Source of the DNA: Mycobacteriales bacterium
GTDB taxonomy: Bacteria; Actinomycetota; Actinomycetes; JAFAQI01
Length of the DNA stretch: 64,000 bases
Assembly: GCA_035548055.1 (NCBI GenBank)
Contig: DASZTL010000091.1
Coordinates: 10,923 to 74,922 of the forward strand
Reading direction: 5' to 3'
Below are positions 49,951 to 61,670 of the stretch, piece after piece. Numbering within the stretch: the first letter of the stretch is position 1; every line of letters starts with the position of its first letter. The position numbers and the translations under genes are program-made. The notes under the pieces were generated by a model that was not told the origin of the DNA, searched no databases, and saw nothing but the letters and a program-made list of their open reading frames with translations.

Positions 49951-50640
49951 ATGGCGCTTTCGGCGGTGAGAACGTCCGCTCCTTGGTTCCGCGAGGCGGG
50001 TATCTACGGCTACGAGCGGGCGCTGGCGAAGCGCGGGCTGACGCCGGTCGCGGGGGTCGACGAGGCCGGCCGCGGCGCCTGCGCCGGCCCGCTGGTGGTG
50101 GCTGCCGCAGTGCTTCGGCCCGGGAAGCGCGGCGAGATTCCGGGTCTTGCGGACTCGAAGTTGCTGACCCCGCTCGCCCGCGAACGGGTATATGCCCAGG
50201 TGGTGCGGCGCGCCGCGGCGTACGCGGTCGTGGTGATCCCGGCAAGCGACGTCGACCGCATCGGGTTGCACGTCAGCAACGTGATGGGGATGCGTCGCGC
50301 GTTGGCCTCCCTATCGGTACGCCCGGGCTACGTCCTGTCGGACGGGTTCCCCGTCCCTGGGCTCGATGTCCCGGGGTTGGCGGTCTGGAAGGGCGACCGG
50401 GTCGCCGCGTGCATCGCGGCGGCCTCTGTGCTGGCCAAGGTCACCCGCGACCGGTTGATGGTCGCGATGCACGACACCTGGCCGTGGTACGAGTTCGCCA
50501 GCCACAAGGGCTACGTCACCCCGGAGCACCAGAGCGCGCTCGCCATGCACGGACCATGCCCCGAGCATCGCCGCTCCTACGTGAACGTCCGCAAGGTGGA
50601 CGCCGAGCTGGTCGTCGATCAGGAAGAATGGGTGTCGTGA
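49951..50640 (+). CDS. rnhB: Ribonuclease HII
   Basis: ATG 49951. [23 protein letters not shown] and ASVLAKV motifs. Confidence 0.9.
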   Translation: MALSAVRTSAPWFREAGIYGYERALAKRGLTPVAGVDEAGRGACAGPLVVAAAVLRPGKRGEIPGLADSKLLTPLARERVYAQVVRRAAAYAVVVIPASDVDRIGLHVSNVMGMRRALASLSVRPGYVLSDGFPVPGLDVPGLAVWKGDRVAACIAAASVLAKVTRDRLMVAMHDTWPWYEFASHKGYVTPEHQSALAMHGPCPEHRRSYVNVRKVDAELVVDQEEWVS

Positions 50641-50948
50641 GCGCCGAGGATCTCGAGAAGTACGAGACGGAGATGGAGCTGCAGCTCTACCGGGAGTACC
50701 GCGACGTCGTACGGCTGTTCACCTACGTCGTCGAGACCGAGCGGCGGTTCTACCTCACGAACGACGTCCAGGTGATCCAGCACACCGAAGGCGGTGAGAC
50801 CTACTTCGAGGCAGTCATGCACGACGCCTGGGTGTGGGACATGTACCGCCCGGCGCGGTTCGTGAAGAACGTGCGGGTGCTGACGTTCAAGGACATCAAC
50901 GTCGAGGAGCTTCCGGCCTCGGATCTCGAGCTTCCCGAGGACCGCTAG
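50637..50948 (+). CDS. DUF2469 family protein
   Basis: GTG 50637 gives [25 protein letters not shown], a conserved actinobacterial small protein downstream of rnhB. Confidence 0.8.
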   Translation: MSAEDLEKYETEMELQLYREYRDVVRLFTYVVETERRFYLTNDVQVIQHTEGGETYFEAVMHDAWVWDMYRPARFVKNVRVLTFKDINVEELPASDLELPEDR

Positions 50949-51033
50949 CCACAGCCGGCGTCCAACACGTCGTCACCCACAACCCCCTCGCACCTCGGCC
51001 GTTCGAGTCGTCGGCGACCCGCACGGTCGTCGC

Positions 51034-51387
51034 ATGCGAACAAAGGATCAGCTAGGCAAGGCCGGCGAGGACTTCGCCGTTCGTCATCTCATCGGTGCCG
51101 GCTTCGACATCGTCACCCGTAACTGGCGCTGCGATGCCGGCGAGATCGACATCGTCGCCTGCGATGGCTCGGACCTCGTCATCGTCGAGGTCAAGACCCG
51201 GTCGTCGACTGACTACGGCGTTCCCGCCGAGGCCGTGACCTGGCAGAAGGCGGCGAAGCTTCGGGAGCTCGCGGTCCGGTGGCTGCGGGAACACCCGACA
51301 CCGCGGTCGGTCCGCTTCGACGTCATCAGCATCGTCATGCCGCGTAACGGCCGCACTCAGCTCCAGCACTACCGAGGTGTGCTGTGA
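51034..51387 (+). CDS. YraN-family (UPF0102) endonuclease-like protein
   Basis: 117 aa, GEDFAVRHL.., GEIDIVA and VEVKTR motifs. Confidence 0.85.
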   Translation: MRTKDQLGKAGEDFAVRHLIGAGFDIVTRNWRCDAGEIDIVACDGSDLVIVEVKTRSSTDYGVPAEAVTWQKAAKLRELAVRWLREHPTPRSVRFDVISIVMPRNGRTQLQHYRGVL

Positions 51388-52931
51388 AGCTCGGATGCAC
51401 CCGATCGGTCGTCTTGACGGGACTCGTCGCGCACGCCGTCACGGTTGAGGCGAGTGTCGGGGTGGGGTTGCCGGGCACCGAATGGACCGGTCTGCCCGAC
51501 ACGGCGGTTCGTCAGTCATCGTCACGGGTGCGTTCGGCGGTTGAAAGCGCTGGTGAGAACTGGCCGGCGCACAAGATCACCGTGGGCTTGTTCCCGGCAT
51601 CAGTGCGGAAGAGCGGAAGTCATTTCGACCTGGCGGTGGCTGTCGCGGTCCTGGCGGCGCAGGGGGCGCTCGACTCGGCGGCGGTGCGCGATCTCGTCGT
51701 GCTCGGCGAGCTCGGCCTCGACGGCCGGGTCCATCCTGTGACGGGTGTCCTTCCCGCTGTGATCGGCGCCGTGCGGCTCGGTCACTGCAAGGTCGTCGTG
51801 CCACGAGGCAACGCTGCTGAGGCCGCCCTCGTGCCGGGCGTCGAGATCACTGCGGTCGGATCGCTCCGGGAGCTGTGCAGCCGCCTCCGCGGCGAGGAGA
51901 CGGCGGAGTACGACGACGCGCCGGCACCGCGGCCCACCGATGACGTACCGCTCGACCTTGCTGATGTGATCGGACAGGAAGAGGCCCGCCACGCGATAGA
52001 GGTTGCCGCGGCGGGCGGACATCACGTCTTTCTCACCGGGCCCCCCGGTGTCGGGAAGACCATGCTGGCCGAGCGACTGCCCGGTCTCCTCCCTGACCTG
52101 GAAGGTGACGAGGCGCTCGAGGTCACGTCGATCCACTCGTTGCTCGGCCGACTTGCCCCCGGCCGGCCGCTGCTGCGCCGTCCGCCGTTCTGTGCACCCC
52201 ATCACTCGGCGACGGTCGCGTCCCTGGTCGGTGGCGGCACCGGCGTTCCGGCTCCGGGCACGATCTCGCTGGCGCACCGGGGCGTCTTGTTCTTGGACGA
52301 GGCGCCCGAGTTCGAACGACGAGCGCTGGATGCGCTGCGGCAACCGCTGGAGTCCGGCGCGGTCACGATCCACCGCGCCGGCGGAGCAGCCACCTACCCC
52401 GCGCGCTTCCAGCTGGTTCTGGCGGCGAACCCGTGTCCGTGCGCACGCGGCGGGAAGTCGACCGATGCAGCGTCGTGCCGCTGCACGTCGGTGCAGCTGC
52501 GGACGTACAAGAACCGGATCTCGGGTCCGTTGCTCGACCGGATCGATCTGCGCGCGAGGTTGACCCCGGTGAGCCGCGCCGTGCTTGCGGCCGGCGCGAC
52601 CGGCGAGCCGACCGCGAATGTGCGCGCGCGGGTTCTCGAGGCTCGCGCGAGAGCGGTGCGCCGACTGGGCTCGACCCCCTGGGGGACCAATGCGGCAGTG
52701 CCGGGGCCGGAGCTCCGTCGCAACTGGCCGATCCCGAGCGATGCGCTCGTGTCGCTGTCGGCGGATCTCGACAGGCAGCGGCTGTCGACGCGCGGCGTGG
52801 ACCGCGTGATGAAGGTTGCATGGACGCTGGCCGATCTCGCGGGTCGCGACCTCCCGATCCGCGACGACGTCGAACGGGCGCGCGCACTTCGTGCCATGGG
52901 ATCGACCCCAGAGCTGGCGAGGACCGCCTAG
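51384..52931 (+). CDS. YifB/ComM-family Mg-chelatase-like AAA+ ATPase
   Basis: 515 aa with a Lon-protease-like N domain, GPPGVGKTMLA, LFLDEAPEF and a C-terminal ChlI-like region. Confidence 0.88.
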   Translation: MKLGCTRSVVLTGLVAHAVTVEASVGVGLPGTEWTGLPDTAVRQSSSRVRSAVESAGENWPAHKITVGLFPASVRKSGSHFDLAVAVAVLAAQGALDSAAVRDLVVLGELGLDGRVHPVTGVLPAVIGAVRLGHCKVVVPRGNAAEAALVPGVEITAVGSLRELCSRLRGEETAEYDDAPAPRPTDDVPLDLADVIGQEEARHAIEVAAAGGHHVFLTGPPGVGKTMLAERLPGLLPDLEGDEALEVTSIHSLLGRLAPGRPLLRRPPFCAPHHSATVASLVGGGTGVPAPGTISLAHRGVLFLDEAPEFERRALDALRQPLESGAVTIHRAGGAATYPARFQLVLAANPCPCARGGKSTDAASCRCTSVQLRTYKNRISGPLLDRIDLRARLTPVSRAVLAAGATGEPTANVRARVLEARARAVRRLGSTPWGTNAAVPGPELRRNWPIPSDALVSLSADLDRQRLSTRGVDRVMKVAWTLADLAGRDLPIRDDVERARALRAMGSTPELARTA

Positions 52932-54109
52932 TGGTCACCGATGTGGAAAGAGCCGCTCGAGCGCAGCTGTTGCGCGCCGCGGAGCCGCCATCGGCCGGAT
53001 TGTTGCGGCATGTCGCACAGGTCGGTCCGGTCGAGGCGGTTCAGGACATCCGTCGGCGGGCACCGATCCCGAACCTCGATGTGGCCGCGATGGCCACGCG
53101 TCTCCTCGACGTGTCGCCCGAGCGCGAGCTCGAGCTCGCCGCGCGGCTTGGTGCCCGGCTCGTGTGCCCAGGTGATCCGGAATGGCCTGCGGGCCTCGAC
53201 GACCTGGCTCACCTCGACGCCGGTTGCCTCGCCCTCTGGCTACGGGGCACCGCTTCGTTGAACGACGTCTGCGAGCGGGCAGTCGCTGTTGTCGGCACGC
53301 GCGCCCCGACCGACTACGGCGTCTCCATCGCGGCCGAGCTGAGCACGGGCCTGGCCGAACGCGGTTGGACAGTCGTGTCCGGACTGGCACTGGGCATCGA
53401 CGCCGCCGCCCATCGCGGCGCGCTCGCGGCCGGCGGGCAAACCGTCGCGGTTCTCGCTAGCGGCGTCGACGTCGTCTACCCCGGCGCGAACCGAGGGCTC
53501 TACGACCGCGTCAGAGCCGAAGGTGTGATCGTCAGCGAGCAACCGCCGGGCTCGGCGCCGCATCGCGGCCGGTTCCTGGTGCGGAATCGGCTGATCGCGG
53601 CCCTCTCCGGCGGAACCGTTGTCGTCGAGGCGGCACCGCGTAGTGGTGCACGCTCGACGGCGCGGCACGCGGCCGAGCTGTTCCGGCACGTGATGGCGGT
53701 TCCGGGACCGGTCAGCTCAATCCTGTCTGCCGGGTGTCACCAGCTGCTGCGCGACCGACCGGATGCCGTGCTCGTCACCAAGGTCGATGAGGTGATCGAA
53801 CAGGTCGGTCCGCTCGGTTGCTTCGCCGAGCGGGTCAGCGGTCCGGTGCGCCGCCGTGACCTACTCGGTCCGACGGTCAGCCGCGCGTTCGAGGCGGTCC
53901 CCGTGATGAGGCCCGTCCCGCTGGAGCGGATTGCGACGACGGCTGGGTTGCGCCTTGACGCGATGGCTGCCGCGTTGGCGGCGCTGGAGTCGGCGGGGCT
54001 CGTCGAGAAGGTTGGCGGCGGGTGGCGCATGAGCAAGTCGGGGCGCGACGAGCGTCGCGGCGGGCCGGCGCCAGGTTCGGCCGAGGAGCTGGCGCTCGGT
54101 TGGTGGTAG
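52931..54109 (+). CDS. dprA: DNA-processing protein DprA
   Basis: GTG 52931 overlaps the upstream stop. [25 protein letters not shown] and VEAAPRSGA motifs. Confidence 0.88.
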   Translation: MVTDVERAARAQLLRAAEPPSAGLLRHVAQVGPVEAVQDIRRRAPIPNLDVAAMATRLLDVSPERELELAARLGARLVCPGDPEWPAGLDDLAHLDAGCLALWLRGTASLNDVCERAVAVVGTRAPTDYGVSIAAELSTGLAERGWTVVSGLALGIDAAAHRGALAAGGQTVAVLASGVDVVYPGANRGLYDRVRAEGVIVSEQPPGSAPHRGRFLVRNRLIAALSGGTVVVEAAPRSGARSTARHAAELFRHVMAVPGPVSSILSAGCHQLLRDRPDAVLVTKVDEVIEQVGPLGCFAERVSGPVRRRDLLGPTVSRAFEAVPVMRPVPLERIATTAGLRLDAMAAALAALESAGLVEKVGGGWRMSKSGRDERRGGPAPGSAEELALGWW

Positions 54110-54176
54110 CGCCACATCACGCTGCGAAGCAGCGTGGCGACTTGACGCTGCGCAGCCACGCGTCGAGCGTGGGCGG

Positions 54177-55100
54177 GTGGCCACCGCCGAGCTCGAGGTA
54201 TCCCCGGAGCTGGCCGAGGCACGGGCTCGTTACGTCGAGCATCTGACCTTCGAGCGGGGCCTGTCCCCCCACACGGTTCGGGCCTACGCCAACGACCTCG
54301 ACAGCCTCCTGACCCACGCCGCCCGGATGCGGCGGACCACTGTCGCAGGAATCGACGTCGGCGTTCTGCGCTCGTGGTTGGCGCAGCTTCACACCACGGG
54401 CAAGAGTCGGGCAACCCTCGCAAGGCGCGCATCATCGGCGCGAATGTTCATGGCCTGGGCGGTTCGTGACGGGCTTGCCGAAACAGATGCCGGCGCTCGG
54501 CTGGCGACGCCTCGCGCGGTGCGCAAGCTGCCTGAAGTGCTACGTGTCGACCAGGCTGCCGCCGTGATGGCGGCGGCAGCCGAAGATGGGACCCCGATCG
54601 GGTTGCGGGACGCCGCGATCGTCGAGCTGCTCTATGCCACGGGTGCACGGGTCAGCGAGCTGTGCGGGCTCGACATCGACGATCTGGACCGGGAGCGGCG
54701 TACCGTCCGGTTGTTCGGGAAAGGGGCGAAGGAGCGCGTGGTGCCGCTCGGCGAGCCGGCTGCGCGTGCGACCGCCTCGTGGCTGGCGCGCGGACGGCCC
54801 GCGTTGGTGACTGCGGACAGCCCGCCGGCGGTGCTGCTCGGCTCGCGCGGCCGACGGCTGGACCCGAGGGCGGCTCGACGGGTTGTGCACCAGCGGCTGA
54901 AGGCGGTGCCTGGCGCGGCCGATCTCGGGCCACACGGACTACGACACACCGCGGCGACTCACTTATTGGAAGGCGGCGCCGACTTGAGAAGCGTTCAGGA
55001 GCTGCTTGGTCACGCTACGCTCGCAACCACTCAGATCTATACCCACGTTTCTATCGAACGGCTGAGAGCAACCTATGAGTCCGCGCACCCCCGAGCGTGA
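54177..55100 (+). CDS. xerC: Tyrosine recombinase XerC
   Basis: 307 aa with an N-terminal SAM-like domain, [21 protein letters not shown] and [15 protein letters not shown]. Confidence 0.9.
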   Translation: MATAELEVSPELAEARARYVEHLTFERGLSPHTVRAYANDLDSLLTHAARMRRTTVAGIDVGVLRSWLAQLHTTGKSRATLARRASSARMFMAWAVRDGLAETDAGARLATPRAVRKLPEVLRVDQAAAVMAAAAEDGTPIGLRDAAIVELLYATGARVSELCGLDIDDLDRERRTVRLFGKGAKERVVPLGEPAARATASWLARGRPALVTADSPPAVLLGSRGRRLDPRAARRVVHQRLKAVPGAADLGPHGLRHTAATHLLEGGADLRSVQELLGHATLATTQIYTHVSIERLRATYESAHPRA

Positions 55101-55911
55101 CAAGGTCGCGCTCGAGGATGACGACGCCCGGGTTGAGAAGGCGGCCGTCGATGAGGCGATCAGCGAGCTCTGGCGGTCGTTCAAGGACAGTGGTGACCTC
55201 GCGCTCCGCGAGCGGCTGATCCTGCACTACTCACCACTGGTGAAGTACGTCGCCGGCCGCGTGGGGGTCGGCCTGCCGCCCAACATCGAGCAGGCGGACC
55301 TCGTCTCCTACGGGATCTTCGGGTTGATCGACGCGATCGAGAAGTTCGACGTCAGCCGCGCGATCAAGTTCGAGACCTACGCGATCAGCCGCATCAAGGG
55401 CGCGATCATCGACGAGCTGCGCGCGATCGACTGGATCCCGCGCTCCGTCCGCTACAAGGCCCGTGAGGTCGAGAAGGCCTACGCCGCCCTCGAGTCCCGC
55501 TTACACCGCACGCCCACGGAGGCGGAGGTCGCCGCCGAGCTCGGGATCCAGCTCGAAGAGCTTCACACGATCTTCTCCCAGGTCTCCTTCGTCAACGTCA
55601 TCGCACTCGACGAGCTGCTCAACGTCGGGGGAGAGCGCGGGGACAAGCTCTCACTGGTCGACACGCTCGAGGACACCAAGGCCGAGGATCCGGTCGCGGC
55701 CTTCGAGACGGAGGAGACGAAGTACCTCCTCGCGCGCGCCATCAACACGCTGCCTGAGCGGGAGAAGATCGTCGTCACCCTGTACTACTACGAGGGCCTC
55801 ACGCTCGCCGAGATCGGTCAGGTCCTGGGCGTCACCGAGAGCCGGATCTGCCAGATGCACACCAAGGCGGTGCTGCAGCTGCGCGGCAAGCTCGCCGAAC
55901 CGAAAGACTGA
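55075..55911 (+). CDS. whiG: FliA/WhiG-family RNA polymerase sigma factor
   Basis: Close to Streptomyces WhiG as I remember it ([57 protein letters not shown]). ATG 55075 overlaps the xerC 3' end by 26 nt, so the start is uncertain. Confidence 0.85.
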   Translation: MSPRTPERDKVALEDDDARVEKAAVDEAISELWRSFKDSGDLALRERLILHYSPLVKYVAGRVGVGLPPNIEQADLVSYGIFGLIDAIEKFDVSRAIKFETYAISRIKGAIIDELRAIDWIPRSVRYKAREVEKAYAALESRLHRTPTEAEVAAELGIQLEELHTIFSQVSFVNVIALDELLNVGGERGDKLSLVDTLEDTKAEDPVAAFETEETKYLLARAINTLPEREKIVVTLYYYEGLTLAEIGQVLGVTESRICQMHTKAVLQLRGKLAEPKD

Positions 55912-55936
55912 CGCGCGCCCATCCACCTGGCGGTGG

Positions 55937-56542
55937 TCACCCGCGGCTGGGCAGCGGTAGCAGCCTGACCCGTAGCAGCCCCAACAGGGCGAGCGGGTCG
56001 AGATAGTCGGTACCGCGCAGCAGCCCCCAGTGCAGCTGGTCGGCGTCCAGGTGCCCGATCACCTGCCCGGCTTCCACCCGTTCACCGCGTCGAACGCTGG
56101 GTGTGACGGGCTCATACGTCGTGCGGAGCGAGCCGAACGTGATCGCCACCGCTCCGGTGCCCCCGACCGGGCCGGCGAACGTCACGATCCCGCTGTTGGC
56201 GGTGTGGACGGCCTGGCCGCGGTGGCCGGCCAGATCGAGGCCCCGATTGCCTGCCAACCACGGCTGCGCCGGCGGGTCGAAGTCGCCCACGATCCGATCG
56301 GGCCCGGGCGACAACGGCCAGCTGTAGGCCGATGCGGGCGAAGCCGGCGAGGCAGGCGCGGAGCCCGCCGGAGCGGGGCCCAGAGCAACGAGGAGCGAGG
56401 CGCCGAAAGCGCAGAGCGACCGAATCACGCTGCGATGATCGGGCCGAGCCCGGTCGAGCCCAAGCCGAATTTCGCGCCTGTGGACAGTCACCCGTAGACT
56501 TCCGGCAGCGGTTCGCGCAAGCGATCCGACTTCGCACGTCAC
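55937..56542 (-). CDS. M23-family peptidase (secreted)
   Basis: Signal-like segment (SLCAFGASLLVALGPAPAGSA). GLDLAGHRGQAVHTANSGIVTFAG..LHWGL fits the LytM-type domain. Start uncertain. Confidence 0.8.
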   Translation of the reverse strand: MTCEVGSLARTAAGSLRVTVHRREIRLGLDRARPDHRSVIRSLCAFGASLLVALGPAPAGSAPASPASPASAYSWPLSPGPDRIVGDFDPPAQPWLAGNRGLDLAGHRGQAVHTANSGIVTFAGPVGGTGAVAITFGSLRTTYEPVTPSVRRGERVEAGQVIGHLDADQLHWGLLRGTDYLDPLALLGLLRVRLLPLPSRG

Positions 56543-56645
56543 CAGATCGCCCTAGGGGTTGAGTCCAACTCAGCGTCGATGGGCGAGGCGCGTCGTACGG
56601 TCCTCTGGGTTGAGTTCAGCACAGCGTTGAACAAGCGCAGGGGTT

Positions 56646-56719
56646 CGTCGCGCCGGGGGCGTCAGGCGCGACGACCAACCGGTTCGTCGCGAGAAACCGA
56701 GTGCATGCGCAGCATGCAC
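56646..56719 (+). promoter_or_regulatory. Structured 5' leader of rpsB-tsf (two perfect hairpins)
   Basis: CGTCGCGCC/GGCGCGACG at 56646-56673 (9 bp). GTGCATGC-gca-GCATGCAC at 56701-56719 (8 bp), ending 1 nt before the SD GAGAGGAG. GGGTTGAGTYCA repeats at 56556 and 56607. Confidence 0.45.
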
Positions 56720-56735
56720 GAGAGGAGCACCACCT

Positions 56736-57617
56736 ATGGCCGTCGTCACGATGCGCCAGCTGCTCGAGAGCGGCGTCCACTTCGGGCATCAGACCCGTCG
56801 CTGGAACCCGAAGATGAAGCGCTTCATCTTCACCGAGCGCAACGGCATCTACATCATCGACCTGCAGCAGTCGCTGTCCTACATCGACCGCGCATACGAC
56901 TTCATCAAGCAGACCGTCGCCCACGGTGGCTCGGTCCTGTTCGTCGGTACGAAGAAGCAGGCGCAGGACGCGATCGCCGAGCAGGCGACCCGGGTCGGCA
57001 TGCCCTTCGTGAACCAGCGCTGGCTGGGCGGCATGCTGACCAACTTCTCGACCGTCCACAAGCGGCTCCAGCGGCTCAAGGAGCTCGAGGTCATCGAGGC
57101 CACCGGCGGCACGAACGTCACCACCAAGAAGGAAGCCCTCGTGCTCTCGCGTGAGCGCGAGAAGCTTGCCCGCACGCTCGGCGGCATCCGCGACATGGCG
57201 AAGGTTCCGAGCGCGGTGTGGGTGGTCGACACGAACAAGGAGCACATCGCCGTCGCGGAGGCGCGGAAGCTGAACATCCCGGTTGTCGCGATCCTCGACA
57301 GCAACTGCGACCCGGACGTCGTCGACTACCCGATCCCGGGCAACGACGACGCCATTCGCTCCGTCGCGACGCTGACCCGCGTCATCGCCGACGCCGTCGC
57401 CGAGGGTCTGATCGCCCGCGCGGGTGCGGCTGAGGGCGACGAGACACCGGAGCCGGGCCAGCTCGGCGCCGACGAGCCGCTCGCGGACTGGGAGCGTGAG
57501 CTGCTCGAAGGCGCAGCCGCACCAGCCGCAGAAGCTGCCGCAGGCGGCGAGGCCACGGCACCCGAAGCTGCCGCAGGCAGCGAGACGCCCGCAACCCCGG
57601 AAGCGAGTGACAACTGA
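56736..57617 (+). CDS. rpsB: 30S ribosomal protein S2 (with an acidic Ala/Glu-rich tail)
   Basis: [27 protein letters not shown]. Confidence 0.95.
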   Translation: MAVVTMRQLLESGVHFGHQTRRWNPKMKRFIFTERNGIYIIDLQQSLSYIDRAYDFIKQTVAHGGSVLFVGTKKQAQDAIAEQATRVGMPFVNQRWLGGMLTNFSTVHKRLQRLKELEVIEATGGTNVTTKKEALVLSREREKLARTLGGIRDMAKVPSAVWVVDTNKEHIAVAEARKLNIPVVAILDSNCDPDVVDYPIPGNDDAIRSVATLTRVIADAVAEGLIARAGAAEGDETPEPGQLGADEPLADWERELLEGAAAPAAEAAAGGEATAPEAAAGSETPATPEASDN

Positions 57618-58429
57618 TGGCAGTCAGCGCTGCTGACGTGAAGAAGCTCCGCGACGCCACCGGCGCGGGGATGATGGACTGCAAGAAGGCACTGGAAGAG
57701 GCCGACGGCGACTTCGACAAGGCCGTGGAGCTGCTCCGCATCGCGGGCGCGGCGAAGCAGGCGAAGCGGCAGGACCGCGAGGCCAACAACGGACTCGTCG
57801 CTGCGGCCGAAGGCGCGATGATCACGCTGCTGTCGGAAAGCGACTTCGTCGCGAAGAACGACGAGTTCCAGACCCTCGCCGCGGACGTCGTCACGGTCGC
57901 GGCCGAAACCCGACCGGCGGACGTCGAGGCACTGGGCGCCGCGTTGCTCGCGGACGGGCGGACGGTGTCGGCGGCGATCGAGGCGACCGGCGCGGTGATC
58001 GGCGAGAAGATCGGGCTTGGCGAGCTGGCGGTCTTCGAAGGGAAGACGACCACCTACCTGCACAAGCGGGCGACCGATCTGCCCCCGCAGATCGGCGTCC
58101 TCGTGCAGTTCGAGGGCGACGACGCCGAGACGGCGCGTGGCGTGGCGATGCAGATCGCGACGTACAACCCGCCGTACCTCAGCCGCGAGGACGTTCCCGA
58201 GGACACGGTCGCCAACGAGCGCCGGATCGCCGAGGCAACCGCGCGTGAAGAGGGCAAACCGGAGCAGGCTCTGCCGAAGATCGTCGAGGGCAGGTTGACC
58301 GGCTTCTACAAGGACAACGTCCTGCTCGACCAGGCCTACGTCCGCGACAACAAGAAGTCGGTTCAAGCGGTGCTCGACGAGGCCGGCGTGAAGATCACCA
58401 AGTTCGTCCGGTTCGCGGTGGGCGCCTGA
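57617..58429 (+). CDS. tsf: Translation elongation factor Ts
   Basis: 270 aa, [19 protein letters not shown]. Confidence 0.95.
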   Translation: MAVSAADVKKLRDATGAGMMDCKKALEEADGDFDKAVELLRIAGAAKQAKRQDREANNGLVAAAEGAMITLLSESDFVAKNDEFQTLAADVVTVAAETRPADVEALGAALLADGRTVSAAIEATGAVIGEKIGLGELAVFEGKTTTYLHKRATDLPPQIGVLVQFEGDDAETARGVAMQIATYNPPYLSREDVPEDTVANERRIAEATAREEGKPEQALPKIVEGRLTGFYKDNVLLDQAYVRDNKKSVQAVLDEAGVKITKFVRFAVGA

Positions 58430-58432
58430 CGC

Positions 58433-59176
58433 ATGGCTGACTCGCCGGCGCGGTGGGGTCGTGTCCTGCTCAAGCTGGGCGGGGAGATGTTCGGGGGCGG
58501 CTCGGTAGGGGTCGATCCTGACGTCGTGCAGGACGTCGCGCGCCAGATCGCCGACGTCGTCAGCGGCGGAGTGCAAGTTGCGGTCGTCATCGGCGGCGGC
58601 AACTTCTTCCGCGGTCATGAGCTCTCCGAGCGCGGCATGGACCGCGGCCGAGCCGACTACATGGGAATGCTCGGGACTGTCATGAACTGCCTGGCCCTGC
58701 AGGACTTTCTCGAGAAGCAGGGCGTCGAGACGCGGGTGCAGACCGCGATCATGATGGGTCAGGTCGCGGAGCCCTACGTGCCTCGCCGCGCGATCCGCCA
58801 CCTCGAAAAGGGTCGGGTCGTCATCTTCGGCGCTGGTCTGGGTGCGCCGTTCTTCTCCACCGACACCACGGCCGCTCAACGTGCGCTGGAGATCGGCGCC
58901 GAAGTCCTGCTCATGGCCAAGGCCGTCGACGGCGTGTACGACGATGACCCACGGGCCAACCCCAGCGCGAAGCGGTTCGATCACATCACCTACTCCGAGG
59001 TCCTGGCGCGCGAGCTGAAGGTCGCCGATTTGACTGCCTTCACCCTCTGCATGGACAACTCGTTGCCGATCGTCGTCTTCGACCTCATGGTCGACGGCAA
59101 CATCGGGCGGGCCGTCCGTGGTGAGAGCATCGGCACCGTGGTTGATGCCGGGCCGGCCGTGGGCGGGATGGAGTAG
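58433..59176 (+). CDS. pyrH: UMP kinase
   Basis: 247 aa, [20 protein letters not shown] and [11 protein letters not shown]. Confidence 0.93.
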   Translation: MADSPARWGRVLLKLGGEMFGGGSVGVDPDVVQDVARQIADVVSGGVQVAVVIGGGNFFRGHELSERGMDRGRADYMGMLGTVMNCLALQDFLEKQGVETRVQTAIMMGQVAEPYVPRRAIRHLEKGRVVIFGAGLGAPFFSTDTTAAQRALEIGAEVLLMAKAVDGVYDDDPRANPSAKRFDHITYSEVLARELKVADLTAFTLCMDNSLPIVVFDLMVDGNIGRAVRGESIGTVVDAGPAVGGME

Positions 59177-59179
59177 CTC

Positions 59180-59737
59180 GTGATTGACGAGACGATGTTC
59201 GAGGCCGAGGAGAAGATGGAGAAGGCCGTCAGCGTGCTTCACGACGACCTCGCCACGATCCGTACCGGCCGGGCGACGCCGCAGATGTTCTCGAAGATCG
59301 TGGTCGACTACTACGGCACCCCGACGCCGGTGAACCAGCTGGCGTCGTTCAACGTTCCCGAGCCGCGGATGGCGATCATCGCGCCGTACGACAAGGGATC
59401 GCTCACTGCCATCGAGAAGGCGATTCGCGACAGCGATCTCGGCGTGAACCCGACCAGCGACGGATCCATCATCCGGGTCGTCTTTCCCCAGCTCACCGAA
59501 GAGCGGCGCCGAGAGATGATCAAGGTGGCTCGGGGCAAGGCCGAGGACGGCCGGGTCTCGATCCGCAACATCCGTCGGCACGCCAAGGAGGCGCTCGACA
59601 AGCTCGCCAAGGACGGCGAGGTCGGCGAGGACGATGTGGCGCGTGCCGAGAAGGAGCTCGAGAAGACGACGCACGGCTACGTCGAGCAGGTCGACGAGGC
59701 GCTCAAGGCCAAAGAAGCCGAGCTCCTCGAAGTATGA
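59180..59737 (+). CDS. frr: Ribosome recycling factor
   Basis: 185 aa, [18 protein letters not shown]. Confidence 0.95.
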   Translation: MIDETMFEAEEKMEKAVSVLHDDLATIRTGRATPQMFSKIVVDYYGTPTPVNQLASFNVPEPRMAIIAPYDKGSLTAIEKAIRDSDLGVNPTSDGSIIRVVFPQLTEERRREMIKVARGKAEDGRVSIRNIRRHAKEALDKLAKDGEVGEDDVARAEKELEKTTHGYVEQVDEALKAKEAELLEV

Positions 59738-60564
59738 GCGAGGGGCAACCCGGTCGGGCCGGTCGAAACCTGCCGGTCGCGGTGGGGGTCGGACTCGGAC
59801 TCGGTGCCCTGTTCTTCCTGACGGTCTTCCTCTACAAGCCGCTCTTCATCGTTGTCATCGTCCTGGCGATCGGCCTCGGCATGCAGGAGATCGTGCGGGG
59901 ACTGAGCGCCAAGGATCTGCATCCGCCGTTGGTCCCACTGCTAGCCGGCGCTGTCGCGATTCTCTGTCTCGCGTATGTCGATGGGCGGGAGGCGATGACG
60001 ACGGCGCTGCTGCTGTCGCTGCCGGCGATCCTCCTCTGGCGGGTGTGGCGCGGCATCGACGGCCTCGTCGGGGATCTCGCTTCGGGCGTCCTGGCTCTCG
60101 TCTACGTCGCCTACCTCGCGGCCTTCGCCGCGTTGCTGCTCGGTGCGCACGACGGTGATCGCCGGATCACGATCTTCGTCGCTGTGGTGGTGTCGAGCGA
60201 TATCGGTGGGTACGCCATCGGTGCACTGTTCGGAAGGCACCCGCTGGCGCCGAAGATCAGTCCCAAGAAGTCGATCGAAGGACTCGCGGGCTCGGTTGCC
60301 CTCTGCACCTTCATGGGGTGGATCCTGTGTACGCAGCTGCTCCACACGTACTGGTGGCAGGGGGTGCTCTTCGGGATCGCTATCGTCACAACGGCCACGC
60401 TCGGCGACTTGTTCGAGTCGATGATCAAGCGTGACCTCGGGATCAAGGACATGGGCACCTTGCTCCCCGGGCACGGCGGGGTCTTCGACCGCCTTGACTC
60501 GATGCTGCCGTCGGCGCCGACTGCGTGGGCGCTACTCGCGGCGTTCGTACCGCTGCACTCGTGA
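59734..60564 (+). CDS. cdsA: Phosphatidate cytidylyltransferase
   Basis: 276 aa, polytopic. SPKKSIEG and [25 protein letters not shown] signature. Confidence 0.9.
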   Translation: MSEGQPGRAGRNLPVAVGVGLGLGALFFLTVFLYKPLFIVVIVLAIGLGMQEIVRGLSAKDLHPPLVPLLAGAVAILCLAYVDGREAMTTALLLSLPAILLWRVWRGIDGLVGDLASGVLALVYVAYLAAFAALLLGAHDGDRRITIFVAVVVSSDIGGYAIGALFGRHPLAPKISPKKSIEGLAGSVALCTFMGWILCTQLLHTYWWQGVLFGIAIVTTATLGDLFESMIKRDLGIKDMGTLLPGHGGVFDRLDSMLPSAPTAWALLAAFVPLHS

Positions 60565-61592
60565 GGCCACACAAGCCGCCGCGTCACCTTGCCGACCTCG
60601 ACATGCCGGAGCGCCGGGCGGCTGTGGCGGAGATGGGAGAGCCGGCGTTCCGCGCCGAGCAGCTGTCGCGCAACTACTTCGTCCATCATCGGGACCTCGC
60701 CGCGATGACCGACATCCCGGCACGGGACCGCGAGCGGCTCGCCGCCGAGTTCTTGCCGTCGCTGCTCGAGGACGTTCGCACGCTCGAGTGCGACGGGGGC
60801 AGCACCCGAAAGACGTTGTGGCGGCTGGGCGACGGATCGCTCGTGGAAAGCGTGCTGATGCGGTACCCGGACCGCGTGACGATGTGCGTGTCGTCCCAGG
60901 CCGGTTGTGGCATGGGGTGCCCGTTCTGCGCGACCGGCCAAGCAGGGCTCACCCGCAACCTGTCGACGGCCGAGATCGTGGAGCAGGTTGTCGTCGGTGG
61001 AAGAGGCGAGGTCGACAACATCGTCTTCATGGGAATGGGTGAGCCGCTTGCGAACTACCCGGCGCTGATCGCGGCGCTTCGGCGCTTGATCGATCCCGCG
61101 CCTGGCGGACTGGGGATCGGGCAACGCCACATCACGGTGTCGACGGTCGGCCTGGTTCCCGGCATCGACAAGCTCGCGGCCGAAGGCCTTCAGGTCAACC
61201 TCGCGGTGTCCCTGCACGCACCCGATGACGAGCTGCGCGACACGTTGGTGCCCATCAACCTGCGCTGGAAGGTCGCGGACGTGCTGGACGCAGCGTGGCG
61301 CTACGCCGACGTCACGCGGCGCCGGATCTCCTTCGAGTACGCGATGATCAAGGACGTCAACGACCAGCCGGAGCGGGCCCACCTTCTTGGTTCACTCCTC
61401 CGAGGCAAGCTCGCGCACGTGAACTTCATCCCGCTCAATCCGACACCGGGATCGATCTGGACGGCGACCTCGCCGGAGCGAGAACGCGACATGGTGCGGA
61501 TTCTGCGCTCGTACGGCGTGCCGACGACGGTCCGCGACACCCGAGGCCGGGAGATCGCCGCCGCATGCGGCCAGCTCGCCGCGGAGAAGTAG
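60561..61592 (+). CDS. rlmN: 23S rRNA/tRNA (adenine-C2)-methyltransferase RlmN (radical SAM)
   Basis: GTG 60561 (GTGA overlap with cdsA). [18 protein letters not shown] cluster and the C-terminal catalytic CGQL. Confidence 0.9.
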   Translation: MRPHKPPRHLADLDMPERRAAVAEMGEPAFRAEQLSRNYFVHHRDLAAMTDIPARDRERLAAEFLPSLLEDVRTLECDGGSTRKTLWRLGDGSLVESVLMRYPDRVTMCVSSQAGCGMGCPFCATGQAGLTRNLSTAEIVEQVVVGGRGEVDNIVFMGMGEPLANYPALIAALRRLIDPAPGGLGIGQRHITVSTVGLVPGIDKLAAEGLQVNLAVSLHAPDDELRDTLVPINLRWKVADVLDAAWRYADVTRRRISFEYAMIKDVNDQPERAHLLGSLLRGKLAHVNFIPLNPTPGSIWTATSPERERDMVRILRSYGVPTTVRDTRGREIAAACGQLAAEK

Positions 61593-61670
61593 CCGCCACG
61601 GTCACCTGAGCCGCGACTACCGTGGACGACAGCCTCGGGGGCTCACCCAGACTCGATGGAGGACCAGAAG

